Shown: positions 49,727 to 62,233, counted from the stretch's first letter. The stretch: DNA of 64,000 nt from Alphaproteobacteria bacterium (GCA_015062485.1 SUUO01000001.1:82101-146100), one strand, 5' to 3'. Made by a program: numbers and translations. Notes: generated by a model from the letters alone, not told the origin.

Positions 49727-50650
49727 CTATTTTTCAAATACTGAAAAGATTTCCCAGTGCGTACTGCCCACGAATTGGTCGACCGGAATTAAAGTACACA
49801 GTTTATATCCGCCGCGTGTTAATATTTCCATATCACGACGAAATGTTTGCGGATTGCACGAAACATAAATCACACGCCCGACATTACTTTTTATCAATTC
49901 CCGACACTGGGCATCGGCACCGGCACGTGGCGGATCCATTACCACACAATCATATGTATTCAGCATTCCGACCGTTAAGGGGCGCTTGAACAAATCCCGC
50001 TTTGCCCCCGTACCAACAACATCAAAACCATCCGCATTCAGCGCGAATGTAAAATTCCCCAGTCCACAAAATAAATCCGCCACACGCCCCGCACCGTGCG
50101 CCGCGTGCACAACCATATTACGCAACGCATCCGCACCACTGATTGTGGGCTGTAAAAATGCGTGTGATGGATATTCAATGGTTTTATCACCAAAACTTAT
50201 TACGGGTTTAGATTTTTCAAAAATAATTTTATCGTTCCAGGTTACACGTAAAACGGGTAAATCTAGAATCGCGTTCCTTAATTCTGGGCCGACATACGGG
50301 ACAGACGATGTTATATTCACATCCACCCCATTATCACACACCGTCACCAGGCACGCCCCCGCACCCGTCCACGGTAATCCCGCCAATGCCGGCAAGACCG
50401 CGTTAATTTCCGGTGCCATATTTGGACAATGCGTTATTGGGATAATATTTTTTGTGCCGCCCTCAAACAAACCAAAGACACCCGGCGCAAAACAAAAGTC
50501 CCCACGACGGCGCAATCCCGCATCAATCCACACCGGTGCATCCGTCATTGGCAATTTTGGCAGTGTCGAAATCTTAGCATCGTGATAATCTGGGGCGGTA
50601 AAATCAAACTTGCACCCGCCACAGCGACCAAAAAAAGGACAGGTCTTCAT
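49727..50650 (-). CDS. SAM-dependent RNA (uracil-C5) methyltransferase, RlmD/TrmA family
   Basis: N-terminal Cys cluster FGRCGGCKF; methyltransferase motif DLFCGLGNF. Confidence 0.7.
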   Translation of the reverse strand: MKTCPFFGRCGGCKFDFTAPDYHDAKISTLPKLPMTDAPVWIDAGLRRRGDFCFAPGVFGLFEGGTKNIIPITHCPNMAPEINAVLPALAGLPWTGAGACLVTVCDNGVDVNITSSVPYVGPELRNAILDLPVLRVTWNDKIIFEKSKPVISFGDKTIEYPSHAFLQPTISGADALRNMVVHAAHGAGRVADLFCGLGNFTFALNADGFDVVGTGAKRDLFKRPLTVGMLNTYDCVVMDPPRAGADAQCRELIKSNVGRVIYVSCNPQTFRRDMEILTRGGYKLCTLIPVDQFVGSTHWEIFSVFEK

Positions 50651-50660
50651 CCCGCGCCCC

Positions 50661-51308
50661 TTAGAAGTTTATACGCACACCCGCACGAAACTGGTGCGCG
50701 ATGGGACTAAAATCAGCAATCGCGTCCAATCCCGGTTCAAACATATACATATAACGGTATCCAAAATCCAATGTAAAGTGTTCACCAAATTCAACCGCAA
50801 TCCCCGCCAGGGCCGCCGCCGCCGGACTAATCTTTTTATCCAGGTGTGCGCCATCTGCACTGTTCCAAGACAACCCCGCACCAAATCCAACGTATGGTAC
50901 AATCATCTGGGACCGGAAAAGACGATACATACTGTCGATTCTGGCATCAAATATGGCGTTTATAAATGCCATATCACCCGTTATCTTGAACGCATCCCAT
51001 TCGGCGTTGTTGCGGATATAGTTTGCCTCTAATCTAAAAGTGTCGTAAATACGGATACCGGCACTGACGTCAAATGACGAAGTATTTTTGCCGTTGACTG
51101 CAATTTGACCGTCATTATCATCAGACCACATTGAAAAATTATATGATGCGCCAATATAAAAACGATGTTCGCGCGCAAAAGATTCCGGATCGTTACCAGA
51201 TTCCGGGATTATAACCGGCATTTCAACCATTTCCACACGGTATGGAATTGCGGCATTTGCCACCACTGGCATTAACGCAAATACTGAAAATAAAACCTTT
51301 TTATTCAT
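50661..51308 (-). CDS. outer-membrane beta-barrel protein (OmpA-like/Omp25 family)
   Basis: signal peptide, alternating beta pattern, C-terminal Phe. Confidence 0.6.
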   Translation of the reverse strand: MNKKVLFSVFALMPVVANAAIPYRVEMVEMPVIIPESGNDPESFAREHRFYIGASYNFSMWSDDNDGQIAVNGKNTSSFDVSAGIRIYDTFRLEANYIRNNAEWDAFKITGDMAFINAIFDARIDSMYRLFRSQMIVPYVGFGAGLSWNSADGAHLDKKISPAAAALAGIAVEFGEHFTLDFGYRYMYMFEPGLDAIADFSPIAHQFRAGVRINF

Positions 51309-51323
51309 ATCCCATACCCCCAT

Positions 51324-52088
51324 TTAGAAATTCACCCGGAAGGATGCCATAATGTTACTTATGCTGTCCACACCACCACGTGGTGCATCCCAACCAAAAC
51401 CGTTGCCAATCATCATCTGGTACTGATAATAAACGTCCAGACCGATTAGGTCATTAAACATTACATTGAAACCCAATACCGCACGTGGCACCGCCAAAAT
51501 TGCACCATCCGCACCGTTTGCACCATTAAACCGATATGCACCAAACGCCGCACCAACACCCATAAATGGAACAAATGTACGACGATGTGTTATATCCCCC
51601 ATTTGGACATAGCGACGCGCCAAATCAAAGTACAACATTCCGCCAAGAGTCTGATAATTAGCGTCCATATTTTCAACGTCTGAAAATTTAAGTGTCGTTG
51701 TTTGAAAATCCAATTCTGTGCGAACAAAAGACGATAAATTCCACCCCAGGCCGATTTGTGTAGAATACGACCCCGAGGATTCATACCGAGCGCCATCATA
51801 CGTTGCGCGCGACGTCGCAAACCCCAGGTTTAATCCACCCCCCATACGCACATACATTGACGTTGGGATAAACATACGCATATCACCATTTTCGATTATG
51901 CCGGCGGTTTCATAAACCTCTGCCCCAAGGGCACCGGGCGCATCGTCAACAACATTTGGCGCAACACGTGGGGCGGCGACAACGTCAACACCGCGTGAAA
52001 CCTCATCAATAAACATATCTGCATCAATTTTTGCATATGACGGCGACGCCAGCATTGCAGACAGCAAAACATAAGATACTTTTTTCAT
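51324..52088 (-). CDS. outer-membrane beta-barrel protein
   Basis: signal peptide MKKVSYVLLSAMLASPSYA; C-terminal ...FRVNF. Confidence 0.6.
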   Translation of the reverse strand: MKKVSYVLLSAMLASPSYAKIDADMFIDEVSRGVDVVAAPRVAPNVVDDAPGALGAEVYETAGIIENGDMRMFIPTSMYVRMGGGLNLGFATSRATYDGARYESSGSYSTQIGLGWNLSSFVRTELDFQTTTLKFSDVENMDANYQTLGGMLYFDLARRYVQMGDITHRRTFVPFMGVGAAFGAYRFNGANGADGAILAVPRAVLGFNVMFNDLIGLDVYYQYQMMIGNGFGWDAPRGGVDSISNIMASFRVNF

Positions 52089-52173
52089 TACAATAACCCA
52101 GGTTTTATTTATATAGAATTTTAACATAAATTGAAACTTGATTCCAGTGCCTTTTATGCGTACCATTGGAATT

Positions 52174-52998
52174 ATGAAGAAAAACACAGATAAAAAAATA
52201 GCACTGGTTGCGGGGGCGTTGGACCTGCCGTTTTTTACGCGGGATGCACTGAAACGCGCGGGATGGGACGTGTTTGTTGTTGGGTTAAAGAATTTTGTTA
52301 ACCCGGAACTAAACCCCGATTTGACCGTACGCCTGGGGGGCAGCGGGCGCGCCATACGCGAATTTAAACGCCGCGGCATCAAAAAAATTACGATGGTTGG
52401 GGCGCTGGGGCATCCGAATTTTTCGGACATTCGACCGGACTGGTGGACATTTTGGACATTGTTAAAAATATTAAAAAATCAACGGGGGTATGATTCTATG
52501 GCGGTTGCATTAAATAGCGTTCTGGAAAAACAGGGATTTGAAATTGTCGCGGCCCAAGATTTGGCCCCAGAATTGGCCTTTGAAACGGCGGGTGTACAAA
52601 CCAAGACCAAACCAACCAGCGCCGACAAAAAGAACATTGAACGCGCAATAGAGGTTTCACACACCATTGGCGCCGCCGATATTGGCGCATCCGTCGTTGT
52701 TGATAAACAAGTTATCGCGGTCGAGGCCGCCGAGGGAACGGCACGTATGCTGAACCGTGTGGTTGAAATGCGCACAAATCACAAGCGTAAAAGCGGTGTC
52801 TTTGCAAAAATGACGAAACCCGGCCAGGACTTACGCATTGACATTCCGGCGATTGGCGTTGACACGGTGAATGCGGTGGCGGACGCAAACCTGCGTGGGA
52901 TTGTGGTAAATACCAAGACGTGCTTTGTCGTCAACAAACCCGCCGTTATAAAACAGGCCGACAAGCGTGGAATATTTATCGTCGCATTGGACGAATAA
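52174..52998 (+). CDS. lpxI: UDP-2,3-diacylglucosamine pyrophosphatase LpxI (DUF1009)
   Basis: KKIALVAGALDLP N-terminus and overall pattern. Confidence 0.65.
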   Translation: MKKNTDKKIALVAGALDLPFFTRDALKRAGWDVFVVGLKNFVNPELNPDLTVRLGGSGRAIREFKRRGIKKITMVGALGHPNFSDIRPDWWTFWTLLKILKNQRGYDSMAVALNSVLEKQGFEIVAAQDLAPELAFETAGVQTKTKPTSADKKNIERAIEVSHTIGAADIGASVVVDKQVIAVEAAEGTARMLNRVVEMRTNHKRKSGVFAKMTKPGQDLRIDIPAIGVDTVNAVADANLRGIVVNTKTCFVVNKPAVIKQADKRGIFIVALDE

Positions 52999-53023
52999 AA
53001 AATCCCGCGAAATGCGGGATATT

Positions 53024-53299
53024 TTAATCCATTGTGCATACGTCGGTAAATTCATATGTTCCAGAATTGTCTGTGAAAGACATTCCCACCGGCGCATACA
53101 TCCAGCAATCAATTGATGGATTCTGGGCCAGGCACGAATCTGCACTGCCCAAAGAAACTGCTCCTGATGGGCATGTTGTGGCGATTGTAATTTCTGGGGT
53201 GTCAATCGTGATGTATTCCGATGGACATGACGTTGATGGGGCCTCGGCAAATGCAGGCCAAGGCATCAATATAAATAATGCAATAATTTTGTGTTTCAT
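53024..53299 (-). CDS. small secreted 8-Cys protein (cassette copy 2, gene 2)
   Basis: paralog of 32663..32932. Confidence 0.6.
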   Translation of the reverse strand: MKHKIIALFILMPWPAFAEAPSTSCPSEYITIDTPEITIATTCPSGAVSLGSADSCLAQNPSIDCWMYAPVGMSFTDNSGTYEFTDVCTMD

Positions 53300-53303
53300 G
53301 TTT

Positions 53304-53756
53304 TTACTCTTTTATGTCTAAAATCAGATTACGAAAAGTTTCGTCTTGCATGAACGATTGTGCACAATTTCGCGCGCAATACGCCTCACCTGTATTGACA
53401 CCTACCTTAGGATGCGGTACAACGAAATATTTTCCTGTATATGGCTGTGTCATTTTGCAGACGCATATTGCCTGGTCGGTCATTCCTTGATAACTCTGAT
53501 CGTAAATATATTCGTTGGGTAATGCGTTATATAACCCTTCCATGCTGTAATTTGTAGTCATAACAGCAACACCACCTACAACAGATGGGCAATTATCAAC
53601 GTCCGATGCCACATTCCATAGCATCCCAGTATAATTGTTACCGTCTTCATAATAAAAATTACAATGGTCCCAATTGTTATTTATGCACCGTTGTGCCGCC
53701 GTAACTGGCGTGGCTAATAATGCGCCCGTCATTGATAGAATAAATATTTTTTTCAT
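53304..53756 (-). CDS. secreted Cys-rich protein (cassette copy 2, gene 1)
   Basis: AGGAG RBS; same gene order and leader as copy 1. Confidence 0.55.
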   Translation of the reverse strand: MKKIFILSMTGALLATPVTAAQRCINNNWDHCNFYYEDGNNYTGMLWNVASDVDNCPSVVGGVAVMTTNYSMEGLYNALPNEYIYDQSYQGMTDQAICVCKMTQPYTGKYFVVPHPKVGVNTGEAYCARNCAQSFMQDETFRNLILDIKE

Positions 53757-53806
53757 TGTTTTTTCTCCTGTTCTTTTACAAGTAAAAAACCACGCGCAAA
53801 AACGAG

Positions 53807-53876
53807 TGGTCAGGAGGTTAGTAACAATCAAGAAGAATTGTGTGCTTATTCGATATATTCGCAACCCTCCTGACAC
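53807..53876. promoter_or_regulatory. conserved palindromic leader element (copy 2)
   Basis: see 33445..33513. Confidence 0.55.
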
Positions 53877-54384
53877 CATATGTGTTTTCAGGAGTTTTTC
53901 TTATCTTTCGTCTGGGAATCATATGAAAAAACACGCCAATGGCGCGCCGGATTTCGATTCCAAACGCTTCTTGCACGGGTTACTACACCCCGTTATGGCA
54001 AACCGCCATAACACACCTATTATATCCGATTGTTTTTTTATATGCAAACAGTAAGATAAATAAAAGTTTAGTGTTAGTGGATAGTGTTTGTGTGGCACTT
54101 CATAGTGCTTCTACTCTCCACTTACGGCTCACCACTAATCACTAACATAAACTTTTATTTTGCGAAGTAATTAATATTAAAATTATAAAAAAATGGGAAC
54201 CTTGTTTTTATAAACAATCCATTGAAAATACGAAATAAAATCCTAAAAAACACTGCCGAATCCAAACGGTCCTTTGTTTTCAACATTTCTTAGGCTTATT
54301 TTACCCCAGTTTTGCGCCACCAGTCAACCAGATTTTATGCCGAATCCAAAGGACCGTTTTCCTGGGATTAAAGGAGGAAAGAAA

Positions 54385-55113
54385 ATGAAAAAATTGTTTT
54401 TAATCGCATTAGGACTGGCAATCTGGCCACCAGACACGTCCGCCACAACCGTCTATTGCAGTACGGTTACCTGTGGTGATTATGATGAAATAAACAGCGC
54501 AGGCTTCTGTGGCAGTTCATTCAAATGGTGCAAGCCCAGTTTTCAAAGCACATTTGGCAACACCACATATTACAGCGAATATAAGTACTGTATGCCATAT
54601 GGAGGGTATTATTTATACAACGGCGAGAATTACAAAGCTTCACACAACATTGTTTGTTATAGCGACCAAGAAATATGCGAAACAGTAGCCCAACTCCAAG
54701 TCCCGTGGACTGACTATGGAGACTATTCGCATCCTGCGAAAGGCTACTTTATCGGCGGCAAGGGTTGTACCAGTGGCACAACAAAAACATCAGACTATTC
54801 TGTTGACACTTATGGATGTCCCGCCGGCGAATACAATAGATATGGCGTCCGCGCAATTGAAAGCGATGGCTCATCAGGCTTGGGTTGCAGCAGCTGTTCC
54901 CAAGGATATTATTCTGGTCCTGCATCTATTTCATCAGATTGCGTACAATGCCCATTGGCAGAAGATATTTATACAGACTCTGCACTTAGCGAACTGCCAC
55001 GTGGCACAACAGGCACAAAACAAACAGCTAAAACCGATTGTTATTTACCAATTGGTACATATTATGATGAAACAGGCAAAATTAATATAAATACTACAGC
55101 GTGCACATATTAA
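54385..55113 (+). CDS. secreted Cys-rich protein (family member A3)
   Basis: AAGGAGG RBS, signal peptide; leader motifs at 54252..54271 and 54336..54355. Confidence 0.6.
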   Translation: MKKLFLIALGLAIWPPDTSATTVYCSTVTCGDYDEINSAGFCGSSFKWCKPSFQSTFGNTTYYSEYKYCMPYGGYYLYNGENYKASHNIVCYSDQEICETVAQLQVPWTDYGDYSHPAKGYFIGGKGCTSGTTKTSDYSVDTYGCPAGEYNRYGVRAIESDGSSGLGCSSCSQGYYSGPASISSDCVQCPLAEDIYTDSALSELPRGTTGTKQTAKTDCYLPIGTYYDETGKININTTACTY

Positions 55114-55174
55114 AAAACGCCGACCGTCACCCCGCGTAAACATTTGTTTGCGCGGGGCACAGATGGCGGGATTT

Positions 55175-55987
55175 TTAATTATCAAGATTCTTTAACAAAA
55201 TATCTTTCATTTCATTTGGCATCATACCGGTTGTGGAATAACCACAGTCGACGTGATGAACCTCGCCGGTGACGGCCGATGACAGGTCACTGAACAAATA
55301 CATTGCCGCACCCGAAACATCGTCCAGCGTCATATTGCGACGCAATGGTGTTTGTTCCGCATTCAGGCGCAACATCGCCTTGAACCCGCCAACCCCACTG
55401 GACGCCAGGGTCATAATCGGACCCGCACTGATTGCATTGACGCGAATACCGTCGCGCCCCAAATCAGATGCCAGGTAACGAACACTGCTGTCCAGGGCGG
55501 ATTTTGCCACACCCATTACGTTATAATTTGGCACGGATTTTTCCCCACCATAATATGTCAAGGTGACAATAGAACCACCATTGTCCATCAATTTAGATGC
55601 GCGACGCGTTAAGTCAACCAATGAATAGACAGAAATATCCATCGTATTCTTGAAATTATCACGTGTTGTATCGGCATAGCGGCCGGTTAATTCATTTTTA
55701 TCCGAAAATGCAATCGCGTGCAACATCCCGTCCAGGTGCCCCCATTCGGCCCCAATCTTATTAAACAAATCATCCAGTTGTTCATCGTTTTGAACGTTGC
55801 ATTCCTGAACAAATTTAGCCCCAATCGATTCTGCCAATGGACGAACACGTTTTTCCAATGCCGGCATCGCATATGGCATCGCGATTTCAGCCCCCATTTC
55901 CGACGCACGTTTGGCAATCGCCCACGCCATAGACCAATCGTTTGCAACGCCCGTGATTAAAATCTTTTTACCCTTTAATAACATCAA
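55175..55987 (-). CDS. fabI: enoyl-[acyl-carrier-protein] reductase (NADH)
   Basis: GKKILITGVAN...SIAWAIA Rossmann start; Tyr/Lys catalytic region. Confidence 0.9.
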   Translation of the reverse strand: MMLLKGKKILITGVANDWSMAWAIAKRASEMGAEIAMPYAMPALEKRVRPLAESIGAKFVQECNVQNDEQLDDLFNKIGAEWGHLDGMLHAIAFSDKNELTGRYADTTRDNFKNTMDISVYSLVDLTRRASKLMDNGGSIVTLTYYGGEKSVPNYNVMGVAKSALDSSVRYLASDLGRDGIRVNAISAGPIMTLASSGVGGFKAMLRLNAEQTPLRRNMTLDDVSGAAMYLFSDLSSAVTGEVHHVDCGYSTTGMMPNEMKDILLKNLDN

Positions 55988-56066
55988 ATATTCCTTTTTG
56001 TTATTTTTTATTGGACAGGTAAAAATATATCACTAAAATAATCGTCCCGCAACAGGTAAAAAAGAC

Positions 56067-56094
56067 TTGACATTTATTGTAATTTGTCTATACT
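56067..56094 (+). promoter_or_regulatory. sigma70-like promoter TTGACA-N16-TATACT
   Basis: consensus hexamers ~35 nt upstream of 56130. Confidence 0.5.
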
Positions 56095-56129
56095 AAATAT
56101 GCGAAAGATTTAACAACGGAGATACAAAA

Positions 56130-56648
56130 ATGGAAGATTTAGGATCTGTACCAGTAAACGAACAAATCGTAACGGAACAGCCGGTAAAAATCACGTTTAC
56201 ACCACGTTTTACCGCCGCAGACAAACGTTATAACTTTTATGTCTTGACAGACGCGCTGATTATCGCCCCTGCCAAAGATCGTAAATTTGCGAATAAGGTT
56301 ATTGCCGTTATTAACAACACAACAAAAATCACACATCGCAAGGATTTAGAATCCAAGAAGCGTGCAATGCCAACAGATATTTACGATGTTGATGATTTCA
56401 GACTGGAAATCGAAAACAAACAAGATCCAGAAAATAAACATAATTACGCGCAACCGCGCATTGTAACGGTCATTGACCGTAAATCTGGCAAGATTATTGA
56501 ACGCATAACCAAACCTTTCTTGGTTTCTCGCGTGACATCGGCGTTGTTTAAACGCGAAGATATGCTAGCAAAATCACAAGAAGCACTGGCATCCGCAAAA
56601 GAAACATTTAAAAAGATAACCGATGCTCAACAACAAAACCAGAAATAA
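56130..56648 (+). CDS. hypothetical protein
   Basis: 172-aa ORF with promoter, GGAG RBS and terminator. Confidence 0.5.
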   Translation: MEDLGSVPVNEQIVTEQPVKITFTPRFTAADKRYNFYVLTDALIIAPAKDRKFANKVIAVINNTTKITHRKDLESKKRAMPTDIYDVDDFRLEIENKQDPENKHNYAQPRIVTVIDRKSGKIIERITKPFLVSRVTSALFKREDMLAKSQEALASAKETFKKITDAQQQNQK

Positions 56649-56757
56649 TAAATAAGGCGTCGTTATAACCCGACGCTTTATTTTTTTATGGACAGGTGTA
56701 ATAAATTCGTTAAAATACCTGTCCCAAGATAAAAAAAGTAAGTAAAAGGAAAAATAT

Positions 56758-57108
56758 ATGAAAGATCAGTTCTTAGCATTGATTAATAACGTCGCCGTTC
56801 ATCGTGTTGATGTATTCTTGGATGGGACAAAAAACACACGTGATTATGCATACGGCAAGGCACACTATTCCGTTGGCGATAAATTCAAAGCGGAAATCAC
56901 ATTCGCCGACAAAGAAGAAACAATTGTTAAAAATATTGTTATTAAAAACAAAACATTTAACACAATCGTTGCAACATATAGCGATGCAGATTCAATGGCC
57001 GCGTTTAAACACGCATTGGACAATCGCGCAATGGTTACACGCTTTAATTCCACACGTGGCGCAGTAATGCAAAGCGAACTGGGGAAAATGGCAAATCGGT
57101 TGCACTAA
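56758..57108 (+). CDS. hypothetical protein
   Basis: 116-aa ORF with AAGGAAAAA RBS and terminator. Confidence 0.45.
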   Translation: MKDQFLALINNVAVHRVDVFLDGTKNTRDYAYGKAHYSVGDKFKAEITFADKEETIVKNIVIKNKTFNTIVATYSDADSMAAFKHALDNRAMVTRFNSTRGAVMQSELGKMANRLH

Positions 57109-57142
57109 GATTTAAAAAATCCCCCCGACCGGGGGGATTTTT

Positions 57143-59197
<2,055 letters not shown>

Positions 59198-59318
59198 TTA
59201 TTTATCGAATTATTTGCAATATGGTTTTTTGTGGGGTATAATTGACGGGTACTGAATGTTTTTGTTCAGTATGGGGTGTAAAGGCCCGCTCAAGAACGTC
59301 ATTGATGACGAAAAAAAT

Positions 59319-59396
59319 CTCCAACCGTCGGTTGGAGGGCTGTGAATATCCAATAAACAGCACTATCTATTCTTGAATAGTCTTTACCCTCCAACC
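59319..59396 (+). promoter_or_regulatory. three-segment alternative-hairpin (attenuator-like) leader
   Basis: ctccaacc / ggttggaggg / ccctccaacc can pair 1:2 or 2:3; U-rich tail follows. Confidence 0.35.
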
Positions 59397-59435
59397 GCTT
59401 TTGATTTTCAGATGCGGTTTTTATTTTTATAAACA

Positions 59436-59717
59436 ATGGGGGTAAACGATATGGATATTACAGAAGACACACTGGCGGATTTAGAGGCAGATTTCAAGGT
59501 TGCCGAAATGTATCGCCCGAAACAATCTGATTTATTAAGCGAAATTTTTTTGGCATATTCACAAATGGAACAAATATTTTATAGCCTGAAACGCACGTAC
59601 GAACGCGAGGCCCGATATCAGGAAACAAAAATAAGGTTAACAATTGCGCGTGATGAAATCTTTCGGCATTCGGATGCAAATCCCCTGAAACCAATGAAAA
59701 TACGAAGTAACGAATAA
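59436..59717 (+). CDS. hypothetical small protein
   Basis: 93-aa ORF plus terminator. Confidence 0.4.
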   Translation: MGVNDMDITEDTLADLEADFKVAEMYRPKQSDLLSEIFLAYSQMEQIFYSLKRTYEREARYQETKIRLTIARDEIFRHSDANPLKPMKIRSNE

Positions 59718-59756
59718 AAAATCCCCCGATTGGGGGATTTTTATCAGATATTGACT

Positions 59757-60080
59757 TTATTCTTCGATAATATCAACAACCGTCACCTTGAACACGACAT
59801 CTTTGCCCGCCAATTCTGGGACATATTCTGTTGGGAATGTGATGTTAACATCGCGTTCTTCGCCCTTTACCGCGCCAACCAGTTGTTCTTCGAAGCCAGG
59901 AACGAATTGACCGCTGCCCAATTTTAATGGAAAGCCCTCTGCGGTGCCGCCTGGGAACTGAACCCCGTCCAGATAGCCCGCAAAATTAATTACAACCGTG
60001 TCGCCATTTTGTGCGCCGGCATTACTGTCACAGGCACCCAATACACCACACAAACCCAATGCAATCATCAATTTTTTCAT
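59757..60080 (-). CDS. FKBP-type peptidyl-prolyl cis-trans isomerase (lipoprotein)
   Basis: lipobox LGAC; FKBP core [20 protein letters not shown]. Confidence 0.7.
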   Translation of the reverse strand: MKKLMIALGLCGVLGACDSNAGAQNGDTVVINFAGYLDGVQFPGGTAEGFPLKLGSGQFVPGFEEQLVGAVKGEERDVNITFPTEYVPELAGKDVVFKVTVVDIIEE

Positions 60081-60112
60081 TTGCTTTCCTTTTGTTGTTT
60101 TGTTGTTCTTGT

Positions 60113-60673
60113 TTAGTTGTTATAGACACAGCGGAACCCATATTCGCGCATCGTGGATCCCTCGGCCTCTATCCGGTAATCAAAGTAAGGTGTTGGACGC
60201 ATAACATCAAACGACGGTTTGTCATAGACCATAACAATGCTGGACGCATTGCGGCCACAAACACGCTTCATTTCATAATCCGCAACCGCGGCCAATATGG
60301 TACGCGTGTCGCCATTGATATCCATACCGTCCGCATTCTGCATCAGGCGCAAACGCATTTCGCGCAGGTCCGAATTACCCAACAAAATCTGGACGCGGAC
60401 CATTGTGCCACGATATTCCTGCCAACGGGTTTCCATACGGGATGTATTCCAGCGGTTTGCGGTTTGTTCTTTTTCCGCGGCCGTTTTTGGTTTATACGAA
60501 TCAATGTTTGCAAACTGATTATCCGCCTGCATAAATGTACTGGTCCGTTCGTTATACAATGGCGCATCCGCACCACCGGTTGCAAAATCGTCAACGTTGT
60601 ATGGCGTATCGCCCGTTGTACACGCACCCAACGACAACACAGAACACAGTGCAAAAAGAATTGTTTTTTTCAT
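60113..60673 (-). CDS. lipoprotein (hypothetical)
   Basis: [18 protein letters not shown] lipobox. Confidence 0.5.
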   Translation of the reverse strand: MKKTILFALCSVLSLGACTTGDTPYNVDDFATGGADAPLYNERTSTFMQADNQFANIDSYKPKTAAEKEQTANRWNTSRMETRWQEYRGTMVRVQILLGNSDLREMRLRLMQNADGMDINGDTRTILAAVADYEMKRVCGRNASSIVMVYDKPSFDVMRPTPYFDYRIEAEGSTMREYGFRCVYNN

Positions 60674-60752
60674 CGTCCTTTCTCTCTTTTTTTTAATTTT
60701 AGCAAATAAACCTTTTTGATTCAAGTCACGATTTATGGTAAAATATACATAA

Positions 60753-61712
60753 ATGTCAAATGTAGTATTGGAATCTTTGTTGCGTCCACTGGAAGAATTC
60801 TATAAACCATCGTTTGTAGAAGAAATCGCAATCAACCACGCGGGCGAGGTTTGGATGCGCCTGCACGGGGCGCGCGTACCCTGGGTATCGTACCAGGCAG
60901 AGGTTTTATCTAAACAGTATTTAATCGACCTTATTCACACGGTTGCAAATATTTACGAACGTCCGTTTGACCCAATTCACGGAATGCCGGTGGTGTACGC
61001 GACATTGCCCGGCAACCATCGATTTACCGCCATTGCGGGACCAAACGTTCAATACGATGAAAATGACGTCACCGGCGGGGTGGCAATGAATATTCGCGGT
61101 GGTGGCGCACCGGAAACCAGTTTTGAAAACTATCACCTGGAACGGGGGCGTCCGTTGTTAAAGGTTAAACCACGCGAAAACGTTCGCCCAGACGACCCGT
61201 ACGAAAGACTGATGAGCGCAATCAATGACGGCAGTCCGATTTTGATTAGCGGCGCGACCGCAACCGGAAAGACAACGTTTTTGAACCATATGCTGACACT
61301 GATAGATAAAAACAGTCGCGTTATCACCGTCGAAGACGCGCGCGAAATACGTGTACCACAACAAAATCGCGTACACTTTGTATTATCGCGTACCGAACAG
61401 ACAAATGATATGAACTATGCACGATTATTGGATTTGGTTGTACGTATGACCCCGGACGTTATTATTGGCGGGGAAATTTCAACCGACAATGCATCTATTT
61501 TGTGGGAAATGTTGGGAACGGGACACGATCATTTCTATACCACAATTCACGCCGAAAGCGCCGAGGCCGCATACGCCGCATTCGCAGACCGCATCTTGCA
61601 CACCCAACCGGCATACGACCGCACAGATTTAATCGCGGAAATGAAAAAGAAAATCCGCGTTGTTCAATTATCACGCGACGGGGCCCTGCGCGCCGTTACA
61701 GAGGTGGTTTAA
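60753..61712 (+). CDS. VirB11/TrbB/CpaF-family secretion ATPase (orphan)
   Basis: Walker A ISGATATGKTT, Asp/Glu boxes, His box TGHDHFYTTIHA; 319 aa. Confidence 0.7.
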   Translation: MSNVVLESLLRPLEEFYKPSFVEEIAINHAGEVWMRLHGARVPWVSYQAEVLSKQYLIDLIHTVANIYERPFDPIHGMPVVYATLPGNHRFTAIAGPNVQYDENDVTGGVAMNIRGGGAPETSFENYHLERGRPLLKVKPRENVRPDDPYERLMSAINDGSPILISGATATGKTTFLNHMLTLIDKNSRVITVEDAREIRVPQQNRVHFVLSRTEQTNDMNYARLLDLVVRMTPDVIIGGEISTDNASILWEMLGTGHDHFYTTIHAESAEAAYAAFADRILHTQPAYDRTDLIAEMKKKIRVVQLSRDGALRAVTEVV

Positions 61713-61731
61713 TTTGATAAAGGAGAATCTT

Positions 61732-61977
61732 ATGGACGAAGATAACATCACAATCACAGACGCAAACTATCGCGAACCAATGGACGATAAAATGAGTCGC
61801 GAAATGAAAGAATACAGCGCAGAAAAACTGCGTCGCGCCGAAGAAAAAGAAAACGAAATGCTGGAACGCGCCTGGGAAAAGTCTGCAAAACGCGCCGAAA
61901 AGCGCAAGAAATTCTTTGCGGCGATAAAAAAGATATTCGTTAAAACAAATACACAAACCGATCAAAAAGAACGCTAA
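61732..61977 (+). CDS. small highly charged coiled-coil protein
   Basis: 81 aa, AAGGAG RBS. Confidence 0.35.
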   Translation: MDEDNITITDANYREPMDDKMSREMKEYSAEKLRRAEEKENEMLERAWEKSAKRAEKRKKFFAAIKKIFVKTNTQTDQKER

Positions 61978-62064
61978 ACAATCCCCAGTTTGGGGATTTT
62001 TATTTTTTTGAAAAAAAGTACTTGCATTTATTCCACCGACAATATATCATACGTAACGCTTTAA

Positions 62065-62141
62065 GGGGTTGTAGCTCAGCTGGTTAGAGCGTCTGCCTGT
62101 CACGCAGAAGGTCGCGGGTTCGAGCCCCGTCAATCCCGCCA
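62065..62141 (+). tRNA. tRNA-Asp (anticodon GTC)
   Basis: 77-nt cloverleaf, loop CTGTCAC, encoded CCA. Confidence 0.85.
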
Positions 62142-62233
62142 GTATTTACACCGTCATTCGACGGTGTTTTTTCTTATTTATTATTCTGATTTTTGGTCTA
62201 TAATGATTCTATACGAAGCAAAAGGAGCAATAT

